DNA of 64,000 bases from the human T2T-CHM13v2.0 reference genome, Homo sapiens: assembly GCF_009914755.1 (NCBI RefSeq), contig NC_060925.1. One strand, written 5' to 3'. Every line of letters begins with the position of its first letter. Position 1 is the first letter of the stretch. The position numbers were made by a program, and so were the translations under genes. Under the pieces are notes generated by a model. The model had not been told where the DNA came from and ran no database searches. It worked only from the letters and a program-made list of their open reading frames with translations. Below, in pieces: positions 26,522-40,800 of this stretch.

Positions 26522-27533
26522 TATTCTTCAGGTTAATTGTGGATCAGTAAAAAATCAAACTAAGCTCTTTCACATCTGTTTGGCATATAGAGAAATAAAA
26601 AGATAATGATGGTGACATTGATGAACGGGATGGAATTAGTATCAAGCTTCAGTGGTAAGAACAAGAATCTCAGAAATGTAGTCCCAAGTTTTAACATGAC
26701 AAGTGGTGAGAACTCACTTGTCAATTGGAGGGTGTCAGATGACCAATTTTCTAAAATCAGTGGTTCCATAAACTACTGCTGCTATGAGAGTCCAAGCCAT
26801 TCCAGAATTTACAGTTTGATGAGAGTATTCTGTCTTCATCTGTCTAGCTCCAAGAGCATCATGGCATCCTACCACTTCTCCTGCTCTGAAATGATTCTGA
26901 AACCACTAGTTTTTAGGTCTAAGGTTTGCTGAAAAAGCTATGTGGCATAGGGTGTCAAAAGGAGCACCGTCCTAATCTTGAAGATTCTTGAGGAAATCAT
27001 ACGTCATAGTGTATTGGATCAGATCATGTGGTCAGTGGTTATGCTAATTGTATTTATGCTATGCCCATCTAAACTCTCAATGATATCATTGATTTGATGA
27101 AGATAGATCCTGAAACATTGAGAATGACATGAATGAATGTTAAGATTCCAGTGTTATTTGTAGTATATCTGAACTCTTCCAAAGGCCTGTACATTTATTG
27201 GAACAAACATCCTACCGCAGCTGCTACTTCTTTGATCACATAGAAAATGTCCCTGCTTGGTGATTTTCTTTTCTTTCATGGCATGCACATCCTTAAGAAC
27301 TGGGGAAAATATTACTTTAGTAAACTAATAACAACATTTTTTACATACTATCAGAGAAAGAAGTAATTATGGGATTTAATAAAATGCCCTAAGAATGTCA
27401 TAGGAAATATTGATACAGAAATGCAGGTTTTTTTCTGAAACTGATACATTTGATTAATTCTTGGAGTCTCATTTTAAAAACTCTAGATTTTATTATAATA
27501 TCACACTAAACATAGTTTAGTGTTTATTTTTAT

Positions 27534-27876
<343 letters not shown>

Positions 27877-28463
27877 TAGAATATTTACTCCTCTGGTCAT
27901 CATTATGAATATCAATTATATTAGCAAAGTATTGAATAAGGACAACTTAAAAAATGTAATTCCCTGAAATTTATTGCTATCCACAAATTTACGATTTTTA
28001 TAATAAAATGTTCTGCAAACATGCAGAAGATATATTTTGAATATAAAAGAAGAATTAATTATGGTTCATATTTTAAAATGTCATTTTGAATCAATTTACT
28101 TATGGATACATCAAGGGCAGATAATACATTTTTCTCATATTTTTTATATCCTCCTACCTGTGTAGTGCAGTGTTTAGAATAAACAAAGCCTTAATTAATA
28201 GATATTGAATTAAGGTAGCACAGTGATCCAGTCTCTGTTCTCCTACCCTGAAAATTAACTAGGGAATTTGGTCAGCATCTCCTCTTTTGTCTTCTACTCC
28301 TCAAGGACAAATCAGTAAATTAGCTTTACTCTTTACTTATATAGTTAAAAAAATGAATATATGAATGCTTGAATTCGTGACTCAAATATCACTTATGAGT
28401 ATGGAAGCTGAAGAAAAAAACTGATGAAAAATTATAAATGGGTACTCAAATACAAGACATTCT

Positions 28464-28640
28464 GGCTGGGTGCAGTGGCTCATGCCTACAATTCCAGCAC
28501 TTTGGAAGGCCATGGTGGAGGATTGCTTGAGGCCAGGCCTGCAGTGAGCTATGATCTTGCCACTATACTCCAGCCTGGGTGAGAGAGCAAGACCCTGTCT
28601 CAAAACCAAACACAAACCAACAGAAAGCACAAACAAAACT
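28464..28640 (+). mobile_element. Monomer-length AluJ/FRAM-like element
   Basis: ggctgggtgcagtggctcatgcc...gaggccagg joined to ctgcagtgagctatgatc...ctgtctc plus (CAAA)-rich tail. Confidence 0.85.
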
Positions 28641-28963
28641 GTTTCTAATAATAGTTTTTGGTTTCTTTAATGACTTTTGCAGTGACTACTCAATAACATT
28701 TGGAACTCTCATTCGTTTTTCAGGGATAAATAATGGAAGTCAACATGACTTCAGCAGACAATTTCAAATTTATTGTAGAATTTCTTAGAACTTAGGGCAA
28801 TACTGTAGAGAACTTTGCCACAATTGCTTCCTGTTCCCTACTATTATGTTGCATTTGACCTTCAATAAAAGTTCTACTATAGTAGGCTGAAATTGCATAT
28901 AAACACACTAGAGACATGTTTTAAAATAGTGGATACCTTCAAAATGAAGGTATTCTGAGGTAT

Positions 28964-29155
28964 TCCTGCCTCAGCCTCCTCAGTAGCTAGCACCACAGGT
29001 GCACATCACCATGCCCAGCTAAGTTTTATATTTTTAGCAGAGATGGAGTTTTGCCATGTTGGCCATTCTGGTCTCAACCTCCTGACCTCCAGTGATCCAC
29101 TCATCTCAGCCTCCCAAACTGCTGGGATTATAGGCATGAGCCACCGTGCCTGGCC
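28964..29155 (-). mobile_element. Partial AluS lacking the tail end, closely related to the Alu at 27.5 kb
   Basis: Left monomer plus part of right monomer; no poly(A); shares private substitutions with 27653-27843. Confidence 0.92.
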
Positions 29156-29168
29156 AACCTAGTTTCTA

Positions 29169-29177
29169 ATATATATA

Positions 29178-29214
<37 letters not shown>
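29169..29214. repeat. (TA)n microsatellite
   Basis: Directly visible. Confidence 0.95.
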
Positions 29215-29219
<5 letters not shown>

Positions 29220-30429
29220 CATAAATATTTTTAAGTATATTAGAAATTATTTCAGATCTAGCAAATAACAAAAACTGTTCTGTTGTTTATGGAATAAATG
29301 AGTTTCTATAGTGAGTTTCACTACCTGACATAAAATCAAGAACTATTTTTTTAGAAAGCTGGGAACCAACAAGAAAATTTTCGGGCAATGACTTAACACT
29401 ACTTGTCTAAGAGAGAAGTTGACTTGAGTCACACTTTCACATCTTGTAACTTTCAGTTGATTAATGCGTAAAGAGTCACAGGACAGAAGAGAAGGACTTG
29501 TGAGTCCAACCAAGTCTCTAACTAAACCGAACTTTAGTTGTTTATGGAAATTTTAGAAAATGCCAAAAAAAAATTGAGAGGTGTGAGATTTTCGGATTTC
29601 TAAGTACATATTTTTAATCCTTGACAGACTCCATTAACCTTGATCCAAGATTGAGACCATCTACAGTTTTTATTTTTTAAACCATAAGAACATGAATTAT
29701 GTTGATGCCCAATGACTTCCCCTGAGCTAACATTTGAGACTGATTATAAAGTGACTACATTGTAACAATTTGATAACACTGTCCTTGGACTCAGTTTTAT
29801 CCTTTTGCAAGGATTATTTGTGGCTACATTGATTTGGATGGAAGCCACTACAGGCTGGACTTCTGTGCTACTGTGAACTGTCTTGTAGCCAAGCTCAGTA
29901 CATTTACTAAAACACTGTGAGATTATTTTTTAAATTTGCAGCCATTATTGGTATTTTTTTTGAAACATTTGTTCTATTTAGATGGAATAGCAGAATATAA
30001 CGTGTTGAACAGGTAAAGGAGATAAAAATACTAAACAGATGAGCCATAGGGAAACATGACTGAGAACAAACATATTTATAAAAATATATATAAGTGGTGT
30101 GGAAATGAAAAGTGTATTATCCACACAGGTCAAATCTTATTATGATGAATTTTAAGAGAGTTTAGTATACAGTAATTTTAAATAAATAATTAGAACGAAT
30201 GGACTTTTCCATTGTGCTTATACATGTTCTATCTCAGTCTTCCTTGTAATGGAACTTATTACAGAGTTTTGACCTGTGCATCTAAGTATTGATTACTGAT
30301 GATAATCTGAGATAGGGCCCACATCCTTTCTAGGATTAATATGATCTTGCATTTGAAAAATTATTTATTACTTTGATGTTACCCCCTCCCCCCACCTATT
30401 ATCTCATGTTTTAAGACAAAAGTGGTGGG

Positions 30430-30680
30430 AAGCCATGAAGCAAAGCAGCTAGATGCAGGAGTAAAAAGTCTCTCTAGCCTCTGAGTTCAAATCCTAGTCC
30501 TATCCCATAGGCATTATAGCATCTTGAGCTTATAACCTGGCCATCCTGTTTCTAAGTTTCCTCATCTCCAAAATAGGACAATAATGGGAGAGTTGCCTCA
30601 TAGAAATTTTATTAAAATTAGGTGCAATATACATAGTTTTATGATTTACTTGTAGTAAGCACTTAATAAATGTTTCTCAT
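30430..30680 (+). mobile_element. MIR
   Basis: gagttcaaatcctagtcct...ctaagtttcctcatctccaaaatagg...cctcatag...gtagtaagcacttaataaatgtt. Confidence 0.8.
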
Positions 30681-32864
30681 ATTATGAGATATATAGAGCA
30701 TGTGCTGTTATGACTGTTCACAGGCGAGGAAACTGAATAAGAAAGGGGTTATGTCCTTCTGTAGGAAGTCTGATGTTTCTTATTAAAATGAATTGCTAAG
30801 CTTTATCCTTAGCAGGACTTTTATCAGAGCTAATGTTTTTAACCAAATGGGTTCATTGTGCCCTTTTTTTCCCTTGACACAGTCATTTTTAAGGGGAAGT
30901 CCAAGAAATTGAAAGAACTATACTTTTTATCACTCTAGATACTATATGAATGTAGATTACTTGCTTCTCTTCTCAGGCCTCAGTTTCTTTGTCTTTCTGT
31001 AATCTCTAAGGCTCTTTTCTGTTAGAAAATGATGTTACATTATTTCACAAACTAGACAATTAAACTCTTGAACTCTAAGATTTGACTCTAATAAACAAAC
31101 CATCCTAAATTAAAAGAAAAGGAACCCACATTTTGACCATAAAAATGTTATGGATTATTTTGTGGTAATAATTAGGTACTGATATTAGGCACTCCTAGGC
31201 CAGTTCTTCCTTTTTTTTTTAACATCCCATTTCAAAAAATGTTGGAAGGGAAATTCAGATCCGTAAACTCAGCCTAACATTGACAGCAGTTATAGAAATA
31301 AAGTTTTACCTACCAAGTCCAAATATGATCATTAATAATGTACTGTGTATTAATAGGTGCACATGGTATAGACACATCAATGCCTAATGCAATGACAAAT
31401 CACACCCAAATCTAATAGAAGTAAATATTACTAAAATTCTACATTATTTTTATTAAATAATTCCACATTTTCAACTAAGAAACTACTTTTGATATTTATT
31501 TAATATGGTCTGCTATTGCATCTCTAACCTTTTTTCCTTCATTTTCCTCTGTCTAAAGATTGGGCTTATATGACCAAATATCAGTTGAATACACTGATTT
31601 TTTTTTTAAAAAGAAGGATGAAGAAAATCACAGACATTTCTGCAATTTCATATTATGGATAGATTAAGAATAACTGAGTTTTGTATGCTACGAATACCTA
31701 AAAAGCAATTTAACTTGAATCTATTCTGTGTTTATAGAATATTCTAGACCTGGGGATAGTTTTGGTAAACAAATAGATTTAAAAATTTGTTTCTAATTGT
31801 CTGCTTTATGGCATGATCTAAATAGTTATTGATTAGAATTTCATAAATCAAATCTTTTGTATAGACTTCAGTGGAAAAAAATATTGTCAATATAATTATA
31901 ACTATTTACATTTCAAGTATATTTTTAATTCATGTTACATTTCTTCTTTAACTCACTTGTGATTTTTTTCTCCATGGACTACCATTACTCATGTTACACT
32001 CTTCATGTTTAGATTTATATTATTATCACTACTTCTGACATTTGAATCTATAAGTTCCATCCCTTATGCTTACTATTAATGGAACTTCATTATGTGTACA
32101 TCGTAGTTATAAACCAATTTAAACCTAAAGCATAGTCTGAATTAGCAAGAGAATTTATAACTTATTATCATTTATTCAGAAATAAGAAATCTGAGTTAAG
32201 TTTGCAATGATAAAATTCAGGGTAAAAGTGTTGGCAACAGTCACTCAATGATCAACTTTCCTATAATAAAAAATAATGGTAGTGCTAACTTAAAACATAA
32301 TAAATTTGATAATACTCTGAGGACATCCATTTTGTAACTCTTAGTATTAATGTCTAAATCAGCAGTTGGAAACTCCCCACAGTCATATCATGTGGTTTCA
32401 GTAATAATAGCTAAAATGTATCCTGCAGTGAATCTTTTCTTTTTTTGAGCTACCCAATGGTTCCATATTATTACAGAATTTGCAGAGAATAATTTCTACC
32501 CCAAAAGAATCTTTACAAATAAGTGCCCATGCTGTTTCCTGACTTTACTTGGCTTATCTGTAAAATGCATTATCAGAATTGAATAAGATCCTTTTAAGCT
32601 ATGTGATTTTACAAGTGATACTTCATAAAGAAAATCAGCGGATTCTGGTGAAGAATGCTTTTCAGAAGACACAGATAGGAACCAAAGTTCATATACAAAT
32701 GAGTTTAAAATATGAAAATTAAATACTAAAAGAGAATAACCTTGAACAAGTGAGGCCACATTTTAAATAGGATGGACCACTTGGCACATGTATAATATAG
32801 AGATTATTTTGAGAGCTCAGAATTTATTAATTGGCTAATGGTCTCATTTTTAGATAATCATGTA

Positions 32865-32995
32865 GAGATACGTCCTAAGACCTTGGAGATCCACCAGCCC
32901 TACATCTCTAAATTACTGATAAGGAAAATGAGGTCCAAAGAGAGCCACCCAGCTGTTGAATAACATGTCTTCTGACTCCTTACCCAGTGCTTTTC
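32865..32995 (-). mobile_element. MIR/MIR3 fragment
   Basis: gaccttggagatccaccagccc...ttactgataaggaaaatgaggtccaaagag...tcttctgactcc...cccagtgctttt. Confidence 0.6.
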
Positions 32996-34589
32996 TTATT
33001 TGCTATTTCATCTTGAGAAACAGACATGGGTATTCTGAAAGACAGTTAATTAATTGACCAAAATTGTGGAGAAGAAAACAAAAAAGACCGAATTAATAGA
33101 CACTGACTATGTAATTATCTGGAGGAAAGAGTATTGGTAGTTTTTAAATCTAATAAACATACAAATGTCCAAGAAAAAGAAAAAAATAATAAATATTTAG
33201 TTAACATATTTCAAGTTCTTTTGGCCAAATTATAAGAAGACAGCCTTTAAAAAACAGCTTTCCATATTCTTGAATTTATTTTATAGCAAAAATGTGATGT
33301 CTTTGAATAAATGACTTGGCATACAAAACTCACAGAATAAAGAATTTTAAATATATTATTGTATAGTAATAATATGCTCTTTTGATAAATGGTATGGCTG
33401 CAATCATTGTATCAGCATTTTTTACATAGATCTAGTGTAAAAAGTCAGGAGTCACATTTATTGAGGGCTATAATATACTCTCTCTGAACCTGAGAAAAAA
33501 TGGAGTCTTTCATATTCACCTGTCTTCATCTTTAGACCATGTTAGCCCAAACATTGTCTGGAGTAAATATTTACTAGTGGATACTAATTGTCCAATTTTG
33601 AAATAACTCGTAGTTAATAAATGTGAGTTGAAGATAGTTTAGGTGGATAGCAATCTCAAATATCTAACAAAGGTAGTACAGTTGCTTACATGTTTTAGGC
33701 ATTAAGAACTTGACTAAAGTTTTAAATTGACTATAGGTATCTCTTGATATATTGCTACCTAGATAATTTAATTAGTGAGGAAAGTATTAATAGGGGGCAA
33801 ATCATTTAAACTCACCTTTACGTACATCTGAAGTTTTTTTGTCTATAGATTATGTTTAGGATCATACATGATAGGAAAGGTGCTGATGCAGATTTCTACT
33901 CTGATGCCGTGGCAGACTCAGAGCATTAGAGGTTTGTATGGCAATGCATTACCACATGGTTCATGTAAATCTGCAGTAATACTGTATTCAAATAAGGATC
34001 TTGGTTTCAGTACACTTGTTCAGAATTGCGTTTGCCCCTTTTTAAAGGAAAATCTAGTTCCAAAAAGCAACCCTACTGTCAATGCTCTTTCTTTAACTAT
34101 GATATTGGTGCTATTTTCTTGGCCAACAAAAGACAATTCTTAGGGATTGTTAGAATATTTTACAATAATCCTTTGAGAGTGTGGCATATGAAAATTAATG
34201 CATGGAGCTAACTGTAATACATTCTTCTTTATGAAAACAATAAAATGGGAGAAACAGAAATAATGTTAAAGAATAATATTTTAACCATATTACCAATTCC
34301 TTATGTAACATAAAAATAGCTAAAATGTAAGACTTAATTCCAAAGAATTTGAATAAAATAAAGGCATGAGGCATATTTTCTCAATTTCTGCAACCATGAA
34401 AGTTAGTTGAAGCAGGTGGAAAGATCTTTTAATTTAAATCTTTAATCAACGTTATAGTTTTAAACTAAAAATATATTAATAAGTACAGTATCCAATGAAT
34501 ATATTTATTTGAAAAATTTCAATAACTTAAAGACAAATTTAAAAACTAGTTAGGAATTATATATTTGATACCTCATTCTTTTTATTGTT

Positions 34590-34866
34590 TCTAATATGTA
34601 GGTGATTAAAATGTAAAAATAGAGACAAGAAAGATAAGTTGCAAACTATGAGATAGTGATTACTTCCATAGCCAGAGGGAAATCAGGATATGAAATGAGG
34701 ATGGGAGTCTTCAACTGTATATAAATAGTTCTTTTTTTAATAATTTGGGGGTAAGTATAGCAAAATATTATAAATTATAAATCTTGATCGTGGAAATATG
34801 GATATGTATATCATATTGCTTTACTTTTCTGTGTAGTTTAAAATATTTCAAAATGTAAAATAAAGT
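34590..34866 (+). mobile_element. Ancient L1M (L1ME-like) 3' end
   Basis: gagatagtgattacttc...gtcttcaactgtat...ggaaatatggatatgt...tactttt ctgtgtagtttaaaatatttcaaaatgtaaaa. Confidence 0.6.
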
Positions 34867-37800
34867 TTCTTCTACATTTTAAATTTCTAGCTAAAAGAAA
34901 TGCTTATATATTATTTCTCCAGTGAAATTTTAAAACCAACCTTTTCCTCAAGTTAGATATTTTATTGTCTTCACAATTCAAAGCCATGTATTTAAAATAC
35001 ATGAATTTATGTAATTTGGATAATTCTTTGCTAAACAAAGCATTCAGCAGAAAAGTAAAGTAAAATTCTGAATGTTATTAATGTAATCCAATACTTGCAA
35101 AACTTTATTTCCCCTTTTTATGTTTATATAGTTAATATAGAGTCATTTCATATGTTTATGCATGTTACATATAATAGCATTAGATTTTAGAGGCATATAT
35201 ATGGTTGGTTTGTTAAAAAAATCTATTAATTAGTATGTATAAATGGATGCTCATTTATATTTATCAAACACCATGTAAATACATAAATATATTTTATAAA
35301 ATGTTGTAGTAAAAATTGTTTACTAAAAACACTAAAGTAGTTGGTGTATTCATCTCTTAGTTTATAATTTTTAAAAATAAAATTAATCCTTTAAACAAAT
35401 ATAAGCCTAGAATAGAAGAGCTTTATTTATTACTAAAAGTGTATGTGTGAAAACATAGAGGAAATAATTATATAAAGTTTTCTATGTCCCCCTCAAAGTA
35501 AAGTAGCTTAAATAGAAATCACTATTTTAGATATATTCTTACAAGAATTCTTTCTAACAACAAATGTAGTAATCTGGTTTAAATGTAAGTTGCACTTGAA
35601 TAGCCTTATATCTTGAAGAAGAGCAATATGCACTATTTGTTAATTATAAAAGGAAACGAATCTAAGTTTACTGAGTTTTTAAAGTTTTTAATAAAAATGT
35701 GAGCATCATAGCTACTGGATTATTTGCTATGTTCAACACACTCCGTTCACAATTAAAGTTTGCACATAGTGTCTAATAATGGTCAAGCACTTGCAAAAAT
35801 GTTGCACCTGGAACAGGGAGGAGTGAGAAGGGCAAAGGTCAAAACCAGTCCTTAATAAGCATTGACTAAATAGACTTTGGACTCAGTGAAAAGTCCAGAC
35901 GACCCCTGTAGCGTCATCTTACAGCTCTGATTTTCCTCTTTTCAACATGTAGTATAATCCATAAATACAACCAAATCACTAGCAGCTTAGTCTTTGGTTT
36001 GGTTTTCATCTTTCAGTTTCCCCCCACTGCCCCCTTCAAAAAGATTTGAAAAATTAACCCCTTTCTGTCCTCAGACTAACCAAATAATGAATTTCTTCAT
36101 AGTCACTGTTGTCAGCTTAAATCGTTAACTCTTTTCAGGGCAAGAGGCACTTTGTAAAGTGGCTCATAATAACCAGAGTAGTGACTGAGTGTTTCATTTT
36201 CTCCCAATATATTTTGAATAGATAACTAATAGTAACAAGCCAATCAAACAATTATACAAATCAGTGAATTATGTCTCTTTTATAAATGTTTTTAAAGCAA
36301 TAGAATTAAATTAATACTTAAAACCTTGCAAGGAATTTTTACTTCTGTTTTCCCATCACACAGTGGTTGTATTTTCATGAGTTTCTTGATAATTCATAGG
36401 TATAATAAAAATGTCTATAACCAATTTTTGACATACTCTTCTAATTTCAAATTATTTGATACAGTTTACACCCTGATATTCTTATTGGCATAGTCTCCTC
36501 TTTTCATACTTGTCTTTTATTTTTCTAGTCCAACATTTGCTGAAGGAGAAGTTAGTTCCTTTAAGTTAAAACAGTAATTTCCCTACAGGAAATATACCGA
36601 ATCAAGTATAAACCACAAGAATGAGTCGAGCATCTACTTCAAGTGCATTAGTTGAGAGAAGCCTTCCACTCTGAAGTGGGAACACTTCATGAACCAGAAG
36701 TGAGAGCTGCCCAATCAAATTCAGTGTAATCGTATTATTCTGTCTACTACACTGCAGATTTTCAGAATGCCAAAGACATCTGCGTCGGTCCCTACATTTA
36801 TCCTTTTGATGTCATGTCTACCCTGTTAACCCTGTTTCCCTTAGAGTTAAAAATATAACATTTTAAAACAAAAATTTAAGAAGACAGCTCTGCGTGTGAA
36901 ACATAAAGAGCACCATTGAGGGTGAGGCAAAGTCCTAACTAAGCAGAAATGACTGGGAATGTAGCAAACTGGGTGGAAGTTCAGGAAGTGTGCTATAGTC
37001 TGAAGGAGGATCCTTTAGAAGGAGCATGAAAACAGATAGAAGTAGTGTCCCTGGAGAGTTAAAAGAGGCCTGGGTTTCTCAAGGATTGCTGTTCCTAACT
37101 GATTGTCGCAGTCTTAGAGAACAGGAAAGAGGATACAGCAAGGGGCAGACATTTTGCACGATTGCAAAGCTTCCCTAACTGGCCCTATTTTTTTATGCTC
37201 TGTTCGCCTACAGAATCAGGATACATGGAAACAGAGCAGTAAATCTCAACCATGACCCAACAAATAAAAGTACCAAAACTTATTTCAAAGATAAGTAGAA
37301 AGTGTTTCTTATTTTATGTAATATTTTTGATTATCTACAATCTTGCAGGATCAAGACCAATTTTTCCAGAGTAACAAGGAAAAGGAGAAAAATGGGAGTA
37401 GCTCAGAGTTCTATTCCTTATTTAAAACTATCTGTCCAGAACATCTTAGCTTCAACCATCTGAAATTATAACACCAATGTAATTTTACTGTTTTTTCCCC
37501 CAAGATTCTATTATCCATTACCTCCCACCAACAAAGTTAGATTCAGCACTATTAAAATGTATAGTTTTAAAAGTAAAGCAAAACTAGAAATTTGTATAAT
37601 GTAATACTTTTATGCTTTTTTTGTGTGTATATTTTGTTTGATTTCTTAAGTTTCTAAAAATATTGTATTTATTTGAGGTAGGAAAACAAGAATTGGCTAA
37701 ATCACTGCCCTTAATTTTTCTAATGGGTTTTTATAATTCCTAAATTGATGGGAAAATCATCAAATATTGGAAAATTCTTATATTTTGGAAGCACAAATTG

Positions 37801-40800
37801 ATTCACAGAACATATATATAATTATATATTCTCTCTATATAGATTGAATATATATATACACACACATATATATAAAAGATGATCTCAGATATTTAAATTT
37901 TCCATGTTCATAAAGAATTTACTTCATATTTTGGTGGCTTAGAACATGTCTTTATATTTGTGAATCCCATGAACAAATACAGTTCAGTTTTCTCTGAAAT
38001 TTTGATTTAAAAAAATTATAATTGATCTTATCATTCATAAGACTTGCACTTTTCAAACAATTGAAAAAACATGGCTTTTGATGATTAGGCAGCACATATT
38101 TTTGGACAACTAATAGATTTGCTTGAGATATAAAGTACCTGATGAAGAATGAGCAAAGAACACCCAATCAGATAGAGTGTTGCCCTGAGACCACTTCAAA
38201 AACCCTGATAATTAATTTGGAGTTTTTCTTAACTCTATTATATATTTTTAAAGTATACACCTTTGGTTTATGGTTTTTTCTATCTTTATTAGGCAAACAA
38301 ATGTCAATATGTCTGGATAACTTGTTTTCATCTAATATTTTCACCATTCGAATAATAAATGTCTTTTAAAAAAATCTTTGACTCTTTGCAGTAATTAATT
38401 AAGATAATTATTTGAGTCAAGAATTTTTCAAAAAGAAAAAAATTCTGGGAACTTAGATGCCCACTTTTAATACATACGTAATTCGCTGAGCTATACTGAA
38501 TATGGAGCTCACGTTCTATTCTTGATTTTTTTTACTGGTCCAAGTTCAAATAAAATTTACATAAAAATATTTTCTTTATAAAATGACTATACAGATAATG
38601 AACCAAGAATATTATATAGTGAATATTTTCATGGTAAATTTAAAAAGCATATGTATCTTCCAAAAATAATGTTTTTTTAAATAACAAGAAAAATTAATTT
38701 AGTACAACCATTCTTTCATCTTAATTCAACCAATATTTTATTTTTTAACCAATAAAGTGCTTACTAGACAGTTGAAACTGTGTAAGCGAATAATAACTTA
38801 AAAAAATTACTTGTGATAAAATGATAGAAAAAGCCAACTCAAATAATTTTCATTGAAGACAAATCTTGCAGCTATATTAATATTAATAAAAATTAAATGC
38901 TTTTGATTAGTCTAGATTGGCTTGTAATGGTAAAACACAAAGACAAAACTGAGGCAGTGAGCCTCACAATGCCTCTACTGATTTCTCTACTGGCCCTTCC
39001 TCTGCACATGGTCAATTAGAATTGAAAATCCTGTGCTGATTTCATTCGCTGGAATTTTTAAGCAGGTCAGGAAGAAAGATGTTATTGAAAGGAAAAGTCT
39101 CATCTAAATAAGAAAGGAGCACGTGGCCATCTGGTCTTAGCTATACATATAAAAAGTTATTTCAGCTGAACTGCAGGCTTGATGTTTAAAAAGATGTGCC
39201 AGAAATCAAACCAAAATCTGTTTACGGTAAAATATCCCAAATGTTTCTTTTTAAACTTTCAAATATGCAATACACAGTTCATTTCCTATCTGTGATTCAT
39301 GAGCCCATTTGACCCCAGCGCCTCACTGAGCTTGACTGAGTTTCACTCAGTAGAACATTCAATCATTTTTAGAACACTTTTCCTTCATAGAGTGTCAACA
39401 AGACAGTGGATCTTTTGAAAATTGTGAAAATAACTTTGATAGTTTTCACTCAAATTAATTTTGAGTATTGTCGTCATGTAGGATTGCAAGAATAAAATTT
39501 GAAACATAAAGCAGCCAAACCAGTTTCCCTTGTTTTCTCATCGCAACTTGAGGTTCCTGTGCATTCTCTGCACAGTGCTCAGGTATCTACTCACAATAAT
39601 TTCAGGCCCTATGCCTAAAGGCTAAGTTAAAAAAAATTCTCTTTTCATGAAGAGAAATTTTAAGTGTTGAGTCTTCTTTTGCAAATCATTTTCATGGTAG
39701 TAAGAAACAGAGATGGTTTTAAAAATCACATTTTATACTGTTTGTCAAATTAGAGTCATATCTTTTGATATTCTTCTTTGACATGAGGTATTTGTGGTAA
39801 TTATAACATCAATACATTAATTCATCCAATATCTGATAATGCCCTTCTGGTAGTATAGACATAGCTAGTTGATATCGCAATCTGAATTTTATTGTATTGA
39901 AGTACATTAGTAGTCTTCAAGAACTCTTATTATAAAGTGACAACAATTATTTGGGGTCAGAAGACTATATTCAAATACATTATATATATATATACATATA
40001 TATATATACTAAATATGCTACATGCATGTAAGAGACATACATGATCATAATATCAGCACATGCTAAACAACGATGTAGATTTAAGCTAAGTCTTCAGATA
40101 AATACTTGGATTAAAATATTCTAATATATGAAACAAAAGCCTCTTGACATATCTTTGACATAAAATGCCCACTGGTTGTTTTTGTATATCTACTATGTTT
40201 GTTCTGCCATTTCAAATAAATCATTGCCATTGTGTAAGAAGAATAAACTGTACTATAGTAAATTGTTCTTTCTCCGTTATGCTCTGAAAAACCATTTGTT
40301 CTTGAATTGGCGTTACGTAGTTCAACTATTTCAATCAAGTCCATTATCTTCTTGTCTTTGAAAGATGCCTTTTCAGTAACCTGTACCCAATGGGCAATGT
40401 CATGTATTGTTTTTTGAAAGTAGGTAAAATTTAAACACAACTATTTGCCCATTTTAATCTTTGATAAGGAAATTATATAATTAATCATCAATCTTCCACT
40501 ATATGTTGGAAGAACTGTTTATGTCAAAATTACAGAGTTAGGCCAAGAATTTCTTAACGAAGTTATTTATTAGTTCATAGTGGAGTCTTACCCTATAGAC
40601 TGTCATCTAACTTGTGTAGCTTGTTTTCTCTAAGTACAAAATGTGTCAATTCTTTAGCTACATACTTTTCTTAACAATAGTAACATGAAAGCAGAAAAAG
40701 AACAAAACATTTTTTCATTTGTTTTAAAACAGTCACAAAATACATTGGCAAAATGAATCTTATTAATTTGTTGACATATACGTAGTGCTGTTTATACATA

